From NCBI GenBank assembly GCA_965235115.1, contig OZ249436.1, positions 8,558,001-8,622,000 on the forward strand: DNA of 64,000 bases, given 5' to 3'. Shown here piece by piece: positions 13,334-26,542 of this stretch; position 1 is the first letter of the stretch, and every line of letters begins with the position of its first letter. This DNA comes from Laetmonice hystrix (taxonomy: Eukaryota). The notes beneath the pieces were generated by a model, which was not told the origin of the DNA, did not search any database, and saw nothing but the letters and a program-made list of their open reading frames with translations. Both the position numbers and the translations under genes were made by a program.

Positions 13334-14096
13334 CAGGGCTGCCAAGTCTCCCGCATTTAAGCCCAATCACCCGCTCACAGGTCACTTCTCGGCAGAGATC
13401 ACCCGCATGCAGGGCTTTATCAGGTCAAAGTAACCAAAAAATGCTTTCTCAGGTCAAAAAATGTGCTAAAATCCACCAGAATGCACCATTTTATGGTAAA
13501 TCTTTAGAAGAATTTCCGGGGGAGCATGCCGGTGTCGCGGTCTGTTTTCTCCGCCGGTCTGTAATCTCCGGGTGCATGGTTTCCTATTGTTTAGAGGCCG
13601 AACCTGACCAAGTGAGCACGCGCGTGTCACAGTTTGGGCTCACACCTCCGGTCGTCTGCTAGCTGATGGGCGGTGGATTTTTCTTACAAACAGTAATAAA
13701 CAACAGCCTGGATAGGCAAATTGTGGACCAAAACTGACGGAGTAGAAAAGGGTTATTACGTGAGACTCCATCCTGACCTGATATATCGGATAGTTTACCG
13801 AGAATGCAGGGGCGTAGACAAGGGGGGGCTTGGGGGGGCTGAAGCCCCCCCAGATTTTTAAGGGTGGCCTATAATAACCTATAACCTGTGTGCCCCAGGT
13901 TGTTTCTAGCACTCTTCAGCCCCCCCAGATTTTACCATTTCACGGCACTTGTCTACGCCCCTGGAATGATACAAATACACGCGACTCTGCAACCAACCTC
14001 CCAGAGATTTCAGACCGCGGAGAAAACAGACCGCGACACCAGACCCCTAGCATTGCTTCCGCTAGCCGTTCGCCACCTTTACATTGGCAAAGCCTG
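13334..14096. mobile_element. Three nested non-autonomous DNA transposons
   Basis: Outer: CAGGGCTGCCAA...TTGGCAAAGCCTG (13334-14096). Middle: ~40-bp TIR GGTGTCGCGGTCTGTTTTCTCCGC (13531-14040). Inner: CAGGGGCGTAGACAAG...CTTGTCTACGCCCCTG (13807-13963) flanked by a GAATG duplication. Confidence 0.75.
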
Positions 14097-14373
14097 CCGT
14101 AGGAGTGAAATGTAGGACTGCCGTAGGACTGGTTTAGTTCAACACTTTTTGGGACTGGTCCTAGACTCTACCTCAGTCCTACAATTTCTGTCCTAGGACT
14201 GGTCCTAGGACCTAGGAGTAGTCCCATGTTAGTGCAACGAGCCCCTGACTTGTTGGAGTCTCAGTATGCCACATTTGTCATTGATTGGGTGAGAGACTCC
14301 ATGTTCCATGCACGCCATGTCCCAGTCAGGGTTTCCGCCAGAAAAAAAATTTAGGGTACGGACCAGAGGACTG

Positions 14374-14765
14374 CAGTGTTCTCCACAAGGCTCCAAGGTC
14401 GGGCGGGCCGCCCGACCTTAGCAGCGGGCCGCCCGACCTTGGTCACGACCGCCCGACCTTGGCGGCGGACCGCCCGACCTTAAAATCCATTCCAATCGTC
14501 TAAACTCGCTTATCCCAGAAGCAATGAATCATACTCTTACTGGGCCTTAGTCTTAGAGCTAAACTGCCTTCCGAGAGCAGTCATTTTCTCTCCCAGATGC
14601 CGGGAAATCGCATCTCCGGGCTTCTACATTTCAAAATTTTCTGGGGGAAGACCCCCAGACCCCCCCAAAACCAAACGGCTCGCGCCTTTGGCGCTCGCCT
14701 CTCGTGCCATCGGCGCTCGTCACATGGGGCCGCCCGACCTTGGCCCGACCCTGTGGAGACCACTG
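14374..14765. mobile_element. hAT-like MITE with internal CCGCCCGACCTT repeats
   Basis: CAGTGTTCTCCACAAGG ... CCCTGTGGAGACCACTG, with about 5 internal copies of ccgcccgacctt. Confidence 0.65.
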
Positions 14766-16079
14766 GCTCAGGAGGGGTTCAGCGCCAGTGCTGTCATATT
14801 CCAATATAAGCTATGCGCTCGCAGGCCCCGTTGCTCAAGTCAAGGCATCATCAGGAGGTTTTTACAGGCATGAGAATCTTCCGCCGATTGGCAGAATTCC
14901 GATTTTTTTCTAGTGATTTTGGTCATTCTTGAGATCGATGCAAATCCGTTGAGAAAAATTTCAGTGTTATGGGGGGGGGGGGGGGGCTATCCAACTCCAG
15001 ACTAGACTCTACCTAACGATTTTGAGGGTACGGATCCGTACCCTGGAAAAATTTTAGGGTACGGAATTTTACCCATTTTACCCTCTGGCGGTATGTCAGA
15101 CTCCATGTCCCAAGGCAAGTGTACATTTTATTCTCCAGTCGAACTTTTTAAATAAAGTTTTTACTTTTGAGTTTTAGCAATCATTTTATTAGTCGAAGGG
15201 TAGTTAGATCTATGTGACGAATTCCTGTGCCTGTGGCTGTTAATAGGGACGGTGGTCATTTTTTCAAACTCTGTATATTTGATTGAGACCCAGTTCAATC
15301 GATAGATCTCAATGAGACGATTCTAAAAATGTATACTTTTCCTATTGTACGATGAATATTTTTTGAGTTATTGACCAAAAACTGGGCAAAAAAAGGGCCC
15401 CGATTTGAACGGCGCGAGCCCGATATCCCATTTTTTGTGAAATTAATTGAAAATAGGATTTCAATGTCCAATATTTCTTTTTAAATTTATAATGGAATCA
15501 TTTTTGCTCCTTTCCACTCATAAACTATATGCAGACAGTCAATATAACTAGTTTTTTGTTATTTTAATAATTTATTCTGTTAATAACGGTCAATCCAAAA
15601 TGGCCGAAAGCCTAATTTTGCTTTCATTATCACGGCGGTACGAAACAGACAAAACTGGAAAAATGACCAAAAATAAACTTTTTCAAATCTAGTTTTTTTT
15701 AATCAGATATCAATCTAGGGTTCTTTATTGGTTATAAACAGTGTTTTTTAGAGGTATATGTAATAATTTTCTGCATGTAACAGGCCACTAAAGTTACCTC
15801 TACTACAGCAGAATTTTTTAGATGCAGTTCCAGCATGGTCACGACTGAAATCGGATTCGGCGAGCAGTGACATTCACAACTATTGATACAACACAAGATT
15901 AAAGAAGTGAAAATCCTATGTAGAGATAATTTGAGACATTGTATAATCTTTAAGAACTAGTAAAGGTTCAGGGATAACCTGGTTAGACCCCCTAAGATAT
16001 TTGGTACACAAGATTTGAATTTTCATTCTTGCCCCAACAGGTCATCATAGGGAATATGAAATTACCGGTATTAATAATA

Positions 16080-16302
16080 CCGTATATGTCCTATTTGCCG
16101 CGCATGCGCGTGTGCAGAAGGGGGGTGCGCGGCAAATGAATTATTTTAACGTTAAGGGGGCATTTTCTTTCCAAATAGGTCCCCAATATGAGTCCCCAAT
16201 ATGAGTTTTCCCAAATTTCCACCCCTGACAAACACATTGGGTTTTAAAAAATGCTGGGGTGCGCGGCAAATAGAAGGTGCGCGGCAAATAGGACATATAC
16301 GG
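16080..16302. mobile_element. Tc1/mariner-pogo-type MITE with TA TSD
   Basis: TA|CCGTATATGTCCTATTTGCCGCGCA ... TGCGCGGCAAATAGGACATATACGG|TA, a perfect TIR. Confidence 0.85.
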
Positions 16303-16379
16303 TATATTGATAAAGGAGAAGAACTGGTTCATAATGAAGACAAGAGTGTACGGACTAACCATCACAACGATACAACTAT

Positions 16380-16811
16380 CAGTGACGGATCCAGGGGGTG
16401 CAGGGGGTGCGCACCCCCCTCTCGCCCCAACTGCCCTTTCCCCCCCCCCCCCCCCCCCAAGTACCCTTTTTTATATTTTTACAAAAGATTTTTAAAATTT
16501 AAATGTCCAATTGTCTATTGGCCTATTATGGGCCTAAAGGCTGGTCTATATCGCGTATTTGGCACTGTAATTTTCATTTTTTTCTTGGGGAGGGCTTTGG
16601 CGCTCGTATGACACCCCCTTTATCAAATTCCTGGATCCGCCCCATGACTGCCCCCACACTCAGGAATTTCTAGCTACGGCCCTGTTGATATGCCACTTTT
16701 TGTTTAGGCAAATCTGGGCAAATCACTGGGGGGGGGGGGGGGGGTTGAGAAAGTCTCCTTTTTCCATAGCACCCCCCCCTCCCCACCTTGAAAATCCTGG
16801 ATTCTCCCCTG
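16380..16811. mobile_element. Composite GC-rich MITE with 5-bp TSD (ACTAT)
   Basis: ACTAT|CAGTGACGGATCCAGG ... CCTGGATTCTCCCCTG|ACTAT, with two further internal right-end-like sequences at ~16630-16646 and ~16668-16684. Confidence 0.65.
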
Positions 16812-19349
16812 ACTATGTACATAACTTCATAAGAGGTGTAAAGAAACTAGACACAACCTCATTTATGGGTCGCAGGGCAATGATGGATGACATAATCCTC
16901 GCACTCTTCACTGTTTTGCAAGAATTTGTCATCATCCTCGACCCTTTAATTCAATTCAATCACTGTTTTGCAAGAATTCGTCACTCATCACCATAAATTT
17001 CGGTGAAGTGTATATGTGGAAAACATGCCGAAGCAAGGCCTGCCATTCCAGTTTGTTGGGAAGTCTGTACCATCGGATCCTTCCAAGCAGGGCACAAAAA
17101 GTAACCAAGACCAGGAGTATGAGAAGAACAAGTGGCAAAGGACATTCCAAGCATTACAGTACAATTCTGGACAACTAGAAATTCCCGTGGACAACCTAGG
17201 GCTAGGTTCAATATGTCCGGCGGACAACACCACCAAAAATCCTTAAATTGAACGCTGTAGACAGCAAAAAAAAACCGATAACGAAAATGCTGCATAAGTA
17301 ATTTTAAATTTTATAAATACCAGAATTACTTGGTTACAAGTTAGACCCCTCAGAAATTTGTTGCACAAGATTTGAATTTTCACTTGAGCGGTTGAGTTAC
17401 AGCAAGTCGAGAACTCTAGTTACAGTGAGTCGAGCAAGCCTCGAGTTACATTGAGTCGAGCGAGCCTCAAGTTAAAGTAAGTCGAGCGCTCGAAAAAGAA
17501 TTATACATGTCCTTTCTGAGCCACCGTATGAACCTGAGAAAAGATCTGAAGTATATTGAGCTAGAAAAAGTTATTTTTTTATTTAATCAAAACTGTTGGA
17601 AATTGTTGGATTTATCATTTTTACAGCGGTCCGCTCTCGAAAGCATGTAAGTTATTCAGATAAGTCCAACCCCTTTTTAAGGGAAGGAGCTCTCAAACTT
17701 TCACAAAATCTGAAAATTTCCAATGATAAAAAATGACAAAAAATAGAATTGCTGCTAACTGACATTTGCTCTATTGTGGGTATTTCAATCAATTTCATGC
17801 TATTCAATGTTATTTGATTGGTTTTAGATGTCAGCAGAGTTTCATTAATTTGAAATATGGGTCACAAAAAGGAAAAGGGGGGGGGGGGGCATTAATTTTA
17901 TGGGCCTAGCCCAGCCAGGTCTAAGACCAAGATGTGGAGAGCCAGGCTGACAGCTACATGTAGTATTTAAACTTGCTCAACTATGAAAAGTGTTGAACCT
18001 TTTCCTGAGGAAACCCCATATTTTTGCTAAAAATTACATCCTTCTAGGGGTGGGGGCTAAAAATAAAATTACGTTGAAAACATGTAGGCCAAAACAGAAT
18101 CAGGCTAGCCAAGCCAGGCAGTCCAGAGTCTCAGTGAGGCCCATCACCACTGTTGTAGATCTGTCAGTCAGCAGGATAACCCCCCAGCTTTCAAGGCTGT
18201 AATAGTTTAGGTAGGGGGGTGAACACCCCCCCCCCCCCAAATGCGCTAGATGTTTTGGCTCTAACCTCAGCATAAAATTTGGACCGCCTCCCGTTGTGAC
18301 GCACGGTATCTGGCGGCAGACGCACGGGCCCCTCTCCCGGGCCTGTACAGCCACAGCCGCCGGGACGTCTTGACCTAGTTACCGGTAGGCGCTCTGCAGA
18401 AGACGTGCCGTGATCGGTGCAGACACAGGGCCCCACATGTGAGGCTTGCGCACGGAGATTAATTTAGTAAATAAAAAACTGAGTTGACTCATTGATAGTA
18501 GAGATCCTTAGCTTTAAAATGATATCTGAGTTTTTAAGATCTGACAAGTGTAACCTATTTTTCGAGCAGTTTGAATAATTCAACAAATCCGTAAGTAAAC
18601 TAAAAATCATCACAGAATAAAAACTCAGATATTTTCTGAATCCTGAGATCATTGTCTACCCGTTACAGCAATCAGCTACTTTCTATCTATAAAAGCCACG
18701 TTGCGCACAGCGGTTGTTGCCGCATATGTCTTCTGCCCATAGCGAGCGCAAAACGGCAAAAACGCGATTCTGACGTGAATTTGCTCGGTGATTGTGAGAA
18801 ATCGTCCAGAACTAGCAGGCTGGAACTTGCCTGATCGACAAGTAGAGGTGTATGACTGTATGGTCTGAAGATTTCAGAAGGCTAAACTGAATATTTAGAG
18901 AGATACAACGAGTTAAAAACAGGCCGCCGCGTGAAAGAACATAGCCAAATTTCGGCCGCGCAGAGCGTTCAAATCCAAAACGTCAAGTTCCGACGTCGCT
19001 ACTGTTAATTCAGCTCCCGGTAACTGAGTAAGCGATTTTTCGCCATGTTATCGATCGACCAAATTGGCATGTCTACATGTCGGGCATCTAAAGACCGCCA
19101 ACTGTGGACTCCTGTATCGGGAACATAGGTGACTGCCGCCCGTATAACTTGACCACCTGACACGGGGTGAGTGGGACATGGAGTCGGGACATGGCGCGCA
19201 TGGATGGGACATGGATGATGCATTGAATCTGGATCATGGAGTCTCTGACACTCAACACAACAAATCAATCCAGTGTGCGCTTATCTTTTGCGCAATAAAA
19301 TGCTCATACTTTAAGTGCATTTGTCCCCGAATCAAACAATAAGACTTAC

Positions 19350-19545
19350 TTCACAAAATAAACTGTCAGGGCTACTTATTGTTGCCTTTGCCTTTGGAGT
19401 TTGGTGGACTCGGTGTGTAGACTTTCCATCACCTGACGATCACCTCAAACTTTCCGCCTCTCGCGTATCCTCGTTCAAGTCGAGATGTTGGCAATTTTTC
19501 CGCTAGATGGCAGTGTTTAGCAGATCTGTGGCGCCCCCTATAGGG
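19350..19545 (-). promoter_or_regulatory. Putative non-coding first exon and promoter of KNTC1, with two CTCF-like motifs
   Basis: The ATG exon has an acceptor 2 nt upstream of the ATG (13203-13205), so a 5'UTR exon must exist. A strong minus-strand donor GAA|GTAAGT sits at 19349 in CpG-rich sequence. CCGCTAGATGGCAGTG (19500-19515, +) and CCTATAGGGGGCGCCAC (19528-19544, -) resemble the CTCF core. Confidence 0.4.
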
Positions 19546-21563
19546 TTTTCTCAGAAGTAGACTCTATTTTGGCGGCATCAGCGAGATCTGTTTTTGAAAT
19601 TGAGTAGACCTAATTAGGCCTAGGCCTAGCTATACAAACTACCACTTTAGTTTTGGGACAGTAGGGTCGCTCGAGGTAAACCGTACCACTTTACAGTCTT
19701 GATCAAGTACCGAGAACCCACAGCAGGCCCGTAGGCCTACCCATGCCCATGGGGGGGGGGGCGCGGGGGGGGGGGTCCAGGGGTTCCCCCATGTCTCCCC
19801 CGGGAGGGAGGGGGCCTCGCCCCTGAGGGTACCCAGGCCCAGGCTACGGCTGTAGGCCCCACGAACTGAATACAAAAGATGGACCCCCCCCCCCCCTCCC
19901 CTTAGGCCAATCCTGGGTACGGGCCTGCACAGCGACACCCAGACACCCAAACCTCAACAATGGGCGCCTAGTTAGCGGCTTCTTCATTCAGATAGGCTAG
20001 GCCTAAAGCCAACCGGAGATCAGGTTAATCGAGCCAATTCAAAAATGTTCAGTTATAGGCCTAAGTCAAGGGGTTCGCTTTACTTAAAATCTGGTAGGCC
20101 CTATAAAAGCGAACCATGCATGCGGTTAGATCTAGATCTATATAAACCGAACCGCCCGGTTCACAAAACCTAGATTCATTGATAGCAAAAACAAACTGGC
20201 ATGGTCCAAGACCACAAAGTGGGTCACTTCATAACATGCTCTGACGCTTGTAACACTGATTCCATATCTAGGCCTAAATGACCCTTTCGCCTTTTGGCAA
20301 CACCATCATAAAAACCGAACCGCCTATAGGGGACAGGCAGTTCTGTTTATAGGTCTATTACAGGATCAGGCGAACCACCCAGAGGTATTTTTGCCCTTGA
20401 AAAAGAAATTGAAGCCAGTCTTGACCAGCTTCATCCAAGAATATAGGCCTGCCTTAGAAGTAGGCCTACACAAGTAGAACCTTCAAGTTGAAATAGCTAT
20501 AGGTCACATTGACTACTACCTATTCATTGTTACTGAATAATTGTGATTTGTAAAGACAGACTTAGAAAAAGTTTAACTTTTGCTAAAACCGCGAAAATGC
20601 ATGGTCACCTGCCGCGAATGACGGGGCCGCTGTGTCATCAGCCATTCACTGCTGCCACCTAGCGATAGTCACTAGAATCATCGTTGGTAGTTTCCCTTTC
20701 CTCCAGAAGAGCGTGCAGCGGTGCTGGTGCTCGACAAATGGTGCAGGGGGCGGCAACAGTTTCACTGGTTCGCTTTTTCTGATGGTTCGGTTTACCCCAA
20801 ACCACCCTAAGCCTATATCATCATAAATCTCATTTATATTACCTCTGAGTTTCTTTGCTCCAAATATAGCCTACTATAGGCCTAATTGTGCACAGATGAA
20901 TGGCTGAGGCCCTTGACCTAGGAGTAGACTCTAGATCTATCCTATAGGCCCCTAGATCTCATCCTCCTCCGCTCAGGGTTGAACCGCTTGCAGTTGCAAT
21001 GATTCACCCCCTCCCGCCTGCCCGCCTATTCTAAGAAACGCGTAGCTCGCAGCGCCATCTGTTTTCGACCTGGCTGCAGTTGACTGCTTAGCTGGGGACC
21101 AGGCCATGCCTGAGGCGCGATTCATAAAAATAAGCGCACAGATACTGAAAAGAAAAGAAGAAGCGGAGGACATATATGTTGGGTGCACCCCATCAATCAG
21201 AAAAGAAGCGACCACGGTGTAGGCCTATTTCATCATCTCTGCAGAGAACTATAGGCTAGGGCCTATATTTCGATGAAGAGAAATTTATCTGATTCTTTCG
21301 GGTGTCAAGGGAGAAGTTTTGGCCCGATTAGGCCTACTGTTCTACATGGACGACGACCCAGAACTTTCCACTCACCAGACCAGTCATAGAATTTCTAAGT
21401 CCAAGAGAAAGAATAGCAACAGAGTGGTTTAGAAACCCGAACGCGTAGGCCTAGATCTAGACGCCTACCTGTAGATTCTACGCGTAGCGGAATTCCCGCC
21501 ACCTTGACACTTGCACGATTTTGGCCACGCAATGGCACGAAAAGTGTCGTAGGGGCCTTTATA

Positions 21564-21963
21564 GGCCCCTACACAGGATGGCGACCTTTGTGCCTCCCGT
21601 GTACGACCATAAAATTTGCCAGGTCGTCGTTGGAGGTTCAAAGGAGGCAGAATGGTTGCCTAGGTCTTTCAAAGGTGTTACACAGGAGGTTCAGACATCG
21701 CCATGGACGCCATGGTCGCCGCGAGTTTTTGAACATGTTCAAAACAGTCGCACAAAAATCGCCGAGGACGTTGGTTGCTCAAAGGTGGCTCAAAGGAGGC
21801 AGAAGGGAGTCACAAGCATTGCCGTGGTTGCAGAATAGAGGCACAAGCATTGCCGTGGTCGCAGGGGAGAATGGAGGCACAGTGGTCGCCCAATGGTCGT
21901 CGAGGAGGTTGGTTGCCCAAAGGTGGCTCAAAGGTCGCCTGGGAGGCAGAAGCATGGCTGAAT
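21564..21963. mobile_element. Truncated PIF/Harbinger-like MITE, inverted relative to the copies at 25078-25800 and 28701-29422
   Basis: Reverse-complement match to ~25425-25800; terminus GGCCCCTACACAGG..GCGACCTTTGTGCC. Confidence 0.75.
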
Positions 21964-22149
21964 GCGTGTTCCTATAAGATTACAGGTTCATACGTGTACT
22001 TGTAGCTACACGTAGATCTACCCGTACACGTGCATCGTACACGTTTATTACTTGTGGAAATAACGCATTTCAAAGTAAACAGCACAGGGTTTTCTCATTC
22101 GTTATCCACGTTCCGAAAATGAAAATGTTCTGCTGTGACATGGAATGTT

Positions 22150-22394
22150 ACACCAGATGAGAGTTACTGTTCAATAATGACATCACACCAGATGAGAGTT
22201 ACTGTTCAATAATGACATCACACCAGATGAGAGTTACTGCTCAATAATGACATCACACCAGAAGAGAGTTACTGCTCAATAATGACATCACACCAGATGA
22301 GAGTTACTGTTCAATAATGACATCACACCAGATGAGAGTTACTGTTCAATAATGACATCACACCAGATGATAGTTACTGCTCAATAATGAAATC
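22150..22394. repeat. 35-bp minisatellite, 7 copies
   Basis: Unit acaccagatgagagttactgttcaataatgacatc, head-to-tail with no spacers. Confidence 0.95.
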
Positions 22395-22919
22395 AAACTT
22401 GTACCAAGCCCTGGATATCCAAGCTGGCACTATAGATCTAATGATAAGTCTCCGTCCCCTAGTCGATCGACTATAGGCAATTCGCATAGCATTAGCGATG
22501 ATATCCACGTCTGCATCTCTTGAGGGTACATTGAATGCACCTGCCATGGTATTACCAGCACCATGACTGACACCACATTGGCTTCCACTCAAGTTTGTAT
22601 ATGTTGAAAATTCAGGAGGCACTTTGCGCTGTGGGTACTCCATGCCGAGAGGTGCCGGACAAAATATGCATAGTTGGAAGCTTCATGATTTGTTGAGGTG
22701 GTAAATGTGGGTTCTTCGCATTGTAAAAAAAAGTTGAGAAATTTTGATCTGCAGTGCTGATTGAATGCTTGGTTCAAACTTTCCCATCCTTATGCGACAA
22801 CTCTCAAAGAATGCATCCTCTGCAGATACATGACGGTTTCCTATATCGATTCCACCCGTGATTGATAAAAAAAATCAAGTTAGATTTATAGGAATTGTCC
22901 GTCAAAGATAACGCGTATT

Positions 22920-23951
22920 CTATAAGGTGGAATTTACCCTGTTGAAGTTTAAACCCAACCAGATAGACAATAATATACTGGTGGCGATTAAAATAACCCC
23001 ACCAATCTCGAGAATGTTGCGATGTCCTGACAAAAAGACTCCCGGGAAGCAGTACTGCAGGATGACTAAAAACACAAGGCGCGCACTTCCAACGACTACA
23101 AAAGCGATCGGTGTCAGCATCTGCTGTGCCGGCACGCTTAACATTGATTCCATTGTCGTGCCCAAACAATGTCCAAGGAAACATAACCATTGCTTGTAGT
23201 TCATCTTGACAACAGGTTCATCAAAGTAAAACATCAAAACGACGGATAGAAGCACGCCTCCGAGTCCGTACCAAAACCAAGCGATCACTGGTGTGACATC
23301 TCTTAGATGTGTCCTAAAGATGATTGATCTAGTTGTTAGAGACAGTCCAGCTATCACAGTGAAAGCATAACCGATAATATCCATGGTTCCGAATGATAGT
23401 CCCAGATTGACACTTTCCTGGCACATAGACACATCTTTCAAAAACGTGCTGTTCAATGTTATATTTTCTGTACATAACACTGGGGGTTGTTTCTTAAAAG
23501 GGGGACTTGGCTGGGTGACCAGAAATCCACCCAGTAGTACACTTGCGACGAAAACGTATTGCGTCACCAACTGTTTCTCCTTTAAAATCAATCGTGACAA
23601 AATCACAGAAGAAGAAAATGTTACCATTTGCTCTACCACAACCTGGTTGCCTAGGGGAATTAGTGCGGACGCTGTAACATTCAAAGTGTTGACGACGTTG
23701 CTAAGGAATACAACTGATGCGAGCCAAGGCCACAGCTGACGTTGAATGTGCACTCCTGGGTTTGATATGGTCACCATCCAGACCAGACAGATGAATAGTT
23801 GTACTCCATAGCGCCCGATGTTTAACTCGAATGGTGGAATGTAGCCGTAAAGTAGTTGCACGGAAGCCCCAGCGATTGCACCGGTGAAACTAGATGAAAG
23901 TCCTGCCACATACCCAGAAAATACTCCAAAAGATGACGTGATGGACACCAT
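22920..23951 (-). CDS. SLC35G-like / EamA (drug-metabolite transporter superfamily) protein, copy A, single coding exon
   Basis: 343 aa from the first in-frame ATG; about 10 hydrophobic segments in two repeats; motifs IPPFELNIGRY, ILSRLILKEK and GHRNILEIGGVILI. Confidence 0.85.
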   Translation of the reverse strand: MVSITSSFGVFSGYVAGLSSSFTGAIAGASVQLLYGYIPPFELNIGRYGVQLFICLVWMVTISNPGVHIQRQLWPWLASVVFLSNVVNTLNVTASALIPLGNQVVVEQMVTFSSSVILSRLILKEKQLVTQYVFVASVLLGGFLVTQPSPPFKKQPPVLCTENITLNSTFLKDVSMCQESVNLGLSFGTMDIIGYAFTVIAGLSLTTRSIIFRTHLRDVTPVIAWFWYGLGGVLLSVVLMFYFDEPVVKMNYKQWLCFLGHCLGTTMESMLSVPAQQMLTPIAFVVVGSARLVFLVILQYCFPGVFLSGHRNILEIGGVILIATSILLSIWLGLNFNRVNSTL

Positions 23952-25077
23952 GGCAAACGCCCGACTGCATGAAGCCCACACTATTCGTGTACCGGTTGGG
24001 TAGGCATACCCAACGTAGGGTTTTTTACGTAGTACGGTGGTATAGTAGAGCCAAAAAAATAAACTCGCCGAAACAAATTTTCATTAGGAAAACACAAAAA
24101 TTTCTCAAAACGACATTTCAAAAGCACGCAAATAGCTTTAAACAGCAACGGCAATCAAACCACATTGCGAAACGATCGACATTCAGGGAACAACTATATA
24201 GGCCTACAGAAGGCCTACAGAACATAGGCCTATTGGTCATTGTGTCATGATAATTAAGGTGATGCGGGCACTATATGATCGTATTACGTGCAATGGAATT
24301 GGCTCACAATTGGTCAGACTGTCACAGTTGTGGCAGAAGGTTGATATGTGATTGTTATATTGCTATACCATTGGGAAAAAGGCATGGCTGATATCTTCAT
24401 CAGTAAGAAAGCCAGACACAAACGATCTGCAGAAATGTATAGCATGAAAGAGGCTAAAACATTTATACCAGCTGTCATCCGGAGGCCGGATGGAAACATG
24501 CACCTTTTGAAACCTTGGCGATCATAAAAATAAGCCATTTCGGTATCTCGGCTGGCACCATAGAGTCTAGATCTATATGCCTACTCGCGCACCTACCGAA
24601 AAGAAAAGTAAGAAGAAACGGAGGACATGTTGGGTGCACCCCATCAATCAGAAAAGAAGCGACCACGGCGTAGGCCTATAGATATTTCATCATCTCTGCA
24701 GATAACTAGGCTAGGGCTTTCGATGAAGAGAAATTTATTTGATTCTTTTGGGTGTCAAGGGAGCAGTTTTGGCCCGATTAGGCCTACTGTTCTACATGGA
24801 CGACGACCCAGAACTTTCCACTCACCAGACCAGTCATAGATTCTAAGTCCAAGAGAAAGAATAGCAACAGAATGGTTTAGAAACCCGAACGCGTAGGCCT
24901 AGATCTATACGCCTACCTGTAGATTCTACGCGTAGCGGAATTCCCGCCACCTTGACACTTGCACGATTTTGGCCACGCAATGGCACGAAAAGTGTCGTGG
25001 CAAGGCGTGCCATTTTGGTGCCACGATCGTGAAGCAGCCCATGCGCACTGTTCGCGCACTGTTCACGCATAGGTTAA

Positions 25078-25800
25078 GGCCCCTTTACACAGGGCTGCGA
25101 CCTTTGTGCCACCTTTGAGCAACCAAAAAAAAATGGTCAGGACGCTCAATGGTCGCCTAAACCCAGAAATTGCTGTTTCTATGCAACTGGTCCAGCGATC
25201 CTTGCGCCTCCCTTGAACCACCCAAAATGCAATTTTTGGGCATTTTCATGACGATCTACGAGCGACCTGCACATCCACTGAGCCACCTGCCGGCCTCTCC
25301 TGTGCTTCCCCTGTGCAACGTACGGCAACATGGGCGACCCACGAGCAATGTTTGGGCAACCATTGAGCCTCTCCTGCGCCTCCTCTGTGTCATCATCGGC
25401 GACCAATGACGATCACTGGGCGACCATTCAGCCATGCTTCTGCCTCCCAGGCGACCTTTGAGCCACCTTTGGGCAACCAACCTCCTCGACGACCATTCGG
25501 CGACCACTGTGCCTCCATTCTCCCCTGCGACCACGGCAATGCTTGTGCCTCTATTCTGCAACCACGGCAATGCTTGTGACTCCCTTCTACCTCCTTTGAG
25601 CCACCTTTGAGCAACCAACGTCCTCGGCGATCTTTGTGCGACTGTTTTGAACATGTTCAAAAATTCACGGCGACCATGGCGTCCATGGCGATGTCTGAAC
25701 CTCCTGTGTACCACCTTTGAATGACCTAGGCAACCATTCTGCCTCCTTTGAACCTCCAACGACGACCTGGCAAATTTTATGGTCGTACACGGGAGGCACG
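25078..25800. mobile_element. PIF/Harbinger-like MITE with the right end truncated; duplicated at 28701-29422
   Basis: TAA|GGCCCCTTTACACAGGGCTGCGACCTTTGTGCC terminus; many internal ggcgacca/gccacc repeats. Confidence 0.7.
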
Positions 25801-26542
25801 AAGGTGGACGGACGCGTGGACGGTGCTGCGCTACCAGTAAATATGAAACGTGTAAACTCCTGTTTCATGACATACAGATGTCTGCCACGGGAACCAAACG
25901 ACCGTATAATAACAAGTCATTATCATTCTTTGTCATGTCCTTGGCCAAATTGAGATTTGTCTTCCCTTTTTTTAACTAGAGCGAGGTTTTTGACAAGGTC
26001 TCTCCACGGGCTATGCGCCTGTCGAACAACACGCGGGACAGCTCACAGTGGCGCTTGAGAGAGTCCTATATTTTTTGTAGGCCTACATTGTACACCTGAC
26101 CATCTCAAAAAGACCACAACAGTTGGCAAGGACGCCATGTTTTTTTTTATCTACTTCCGATTCTACACGTACACGTACACGTCCGGTCATTTTACGTGTA
26201 TCTAAAGTAGATTACACGATTACAAGTTCATACGATTCAGGAGGCACTTTGCGCTGTGGGTACTCCATGCCGAGAGGTGCCGGACAAATATGCATAGTTG
26301 GAAGCTTCATGATTTGTTGAGGTGGTAAATGTGGGTTCTCCGCATTGTAAAAAAAAGTTGAGAAATTTTGATCTGCAGTGCTGATTGAATGCTTGGTTCA
26401 AACTTTCCCATCCTTATGCGACAACTCTCAAAGAATGCATCCTCTGCAGATACATGACGGTTTCCTATATCGATTCCACCCGTGATTGATAAAAAAATCA
26501 AGTTAGATTTATAGGAATTGTCCGTCAAAGATAACGCGTATT

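Noticed and set aside
22150..22394. 35-bp repeats as a CRISPR array
   Set aside because: Units are contiguous with no unique spacers, there are no cas genes, and the context is eukaryotic.
25256..25759. 167-aa ORF, with copies at 21504 and 28878
   Set aside because: Lies within a GC-rich repetitive MITE and shows no recognisable domain.
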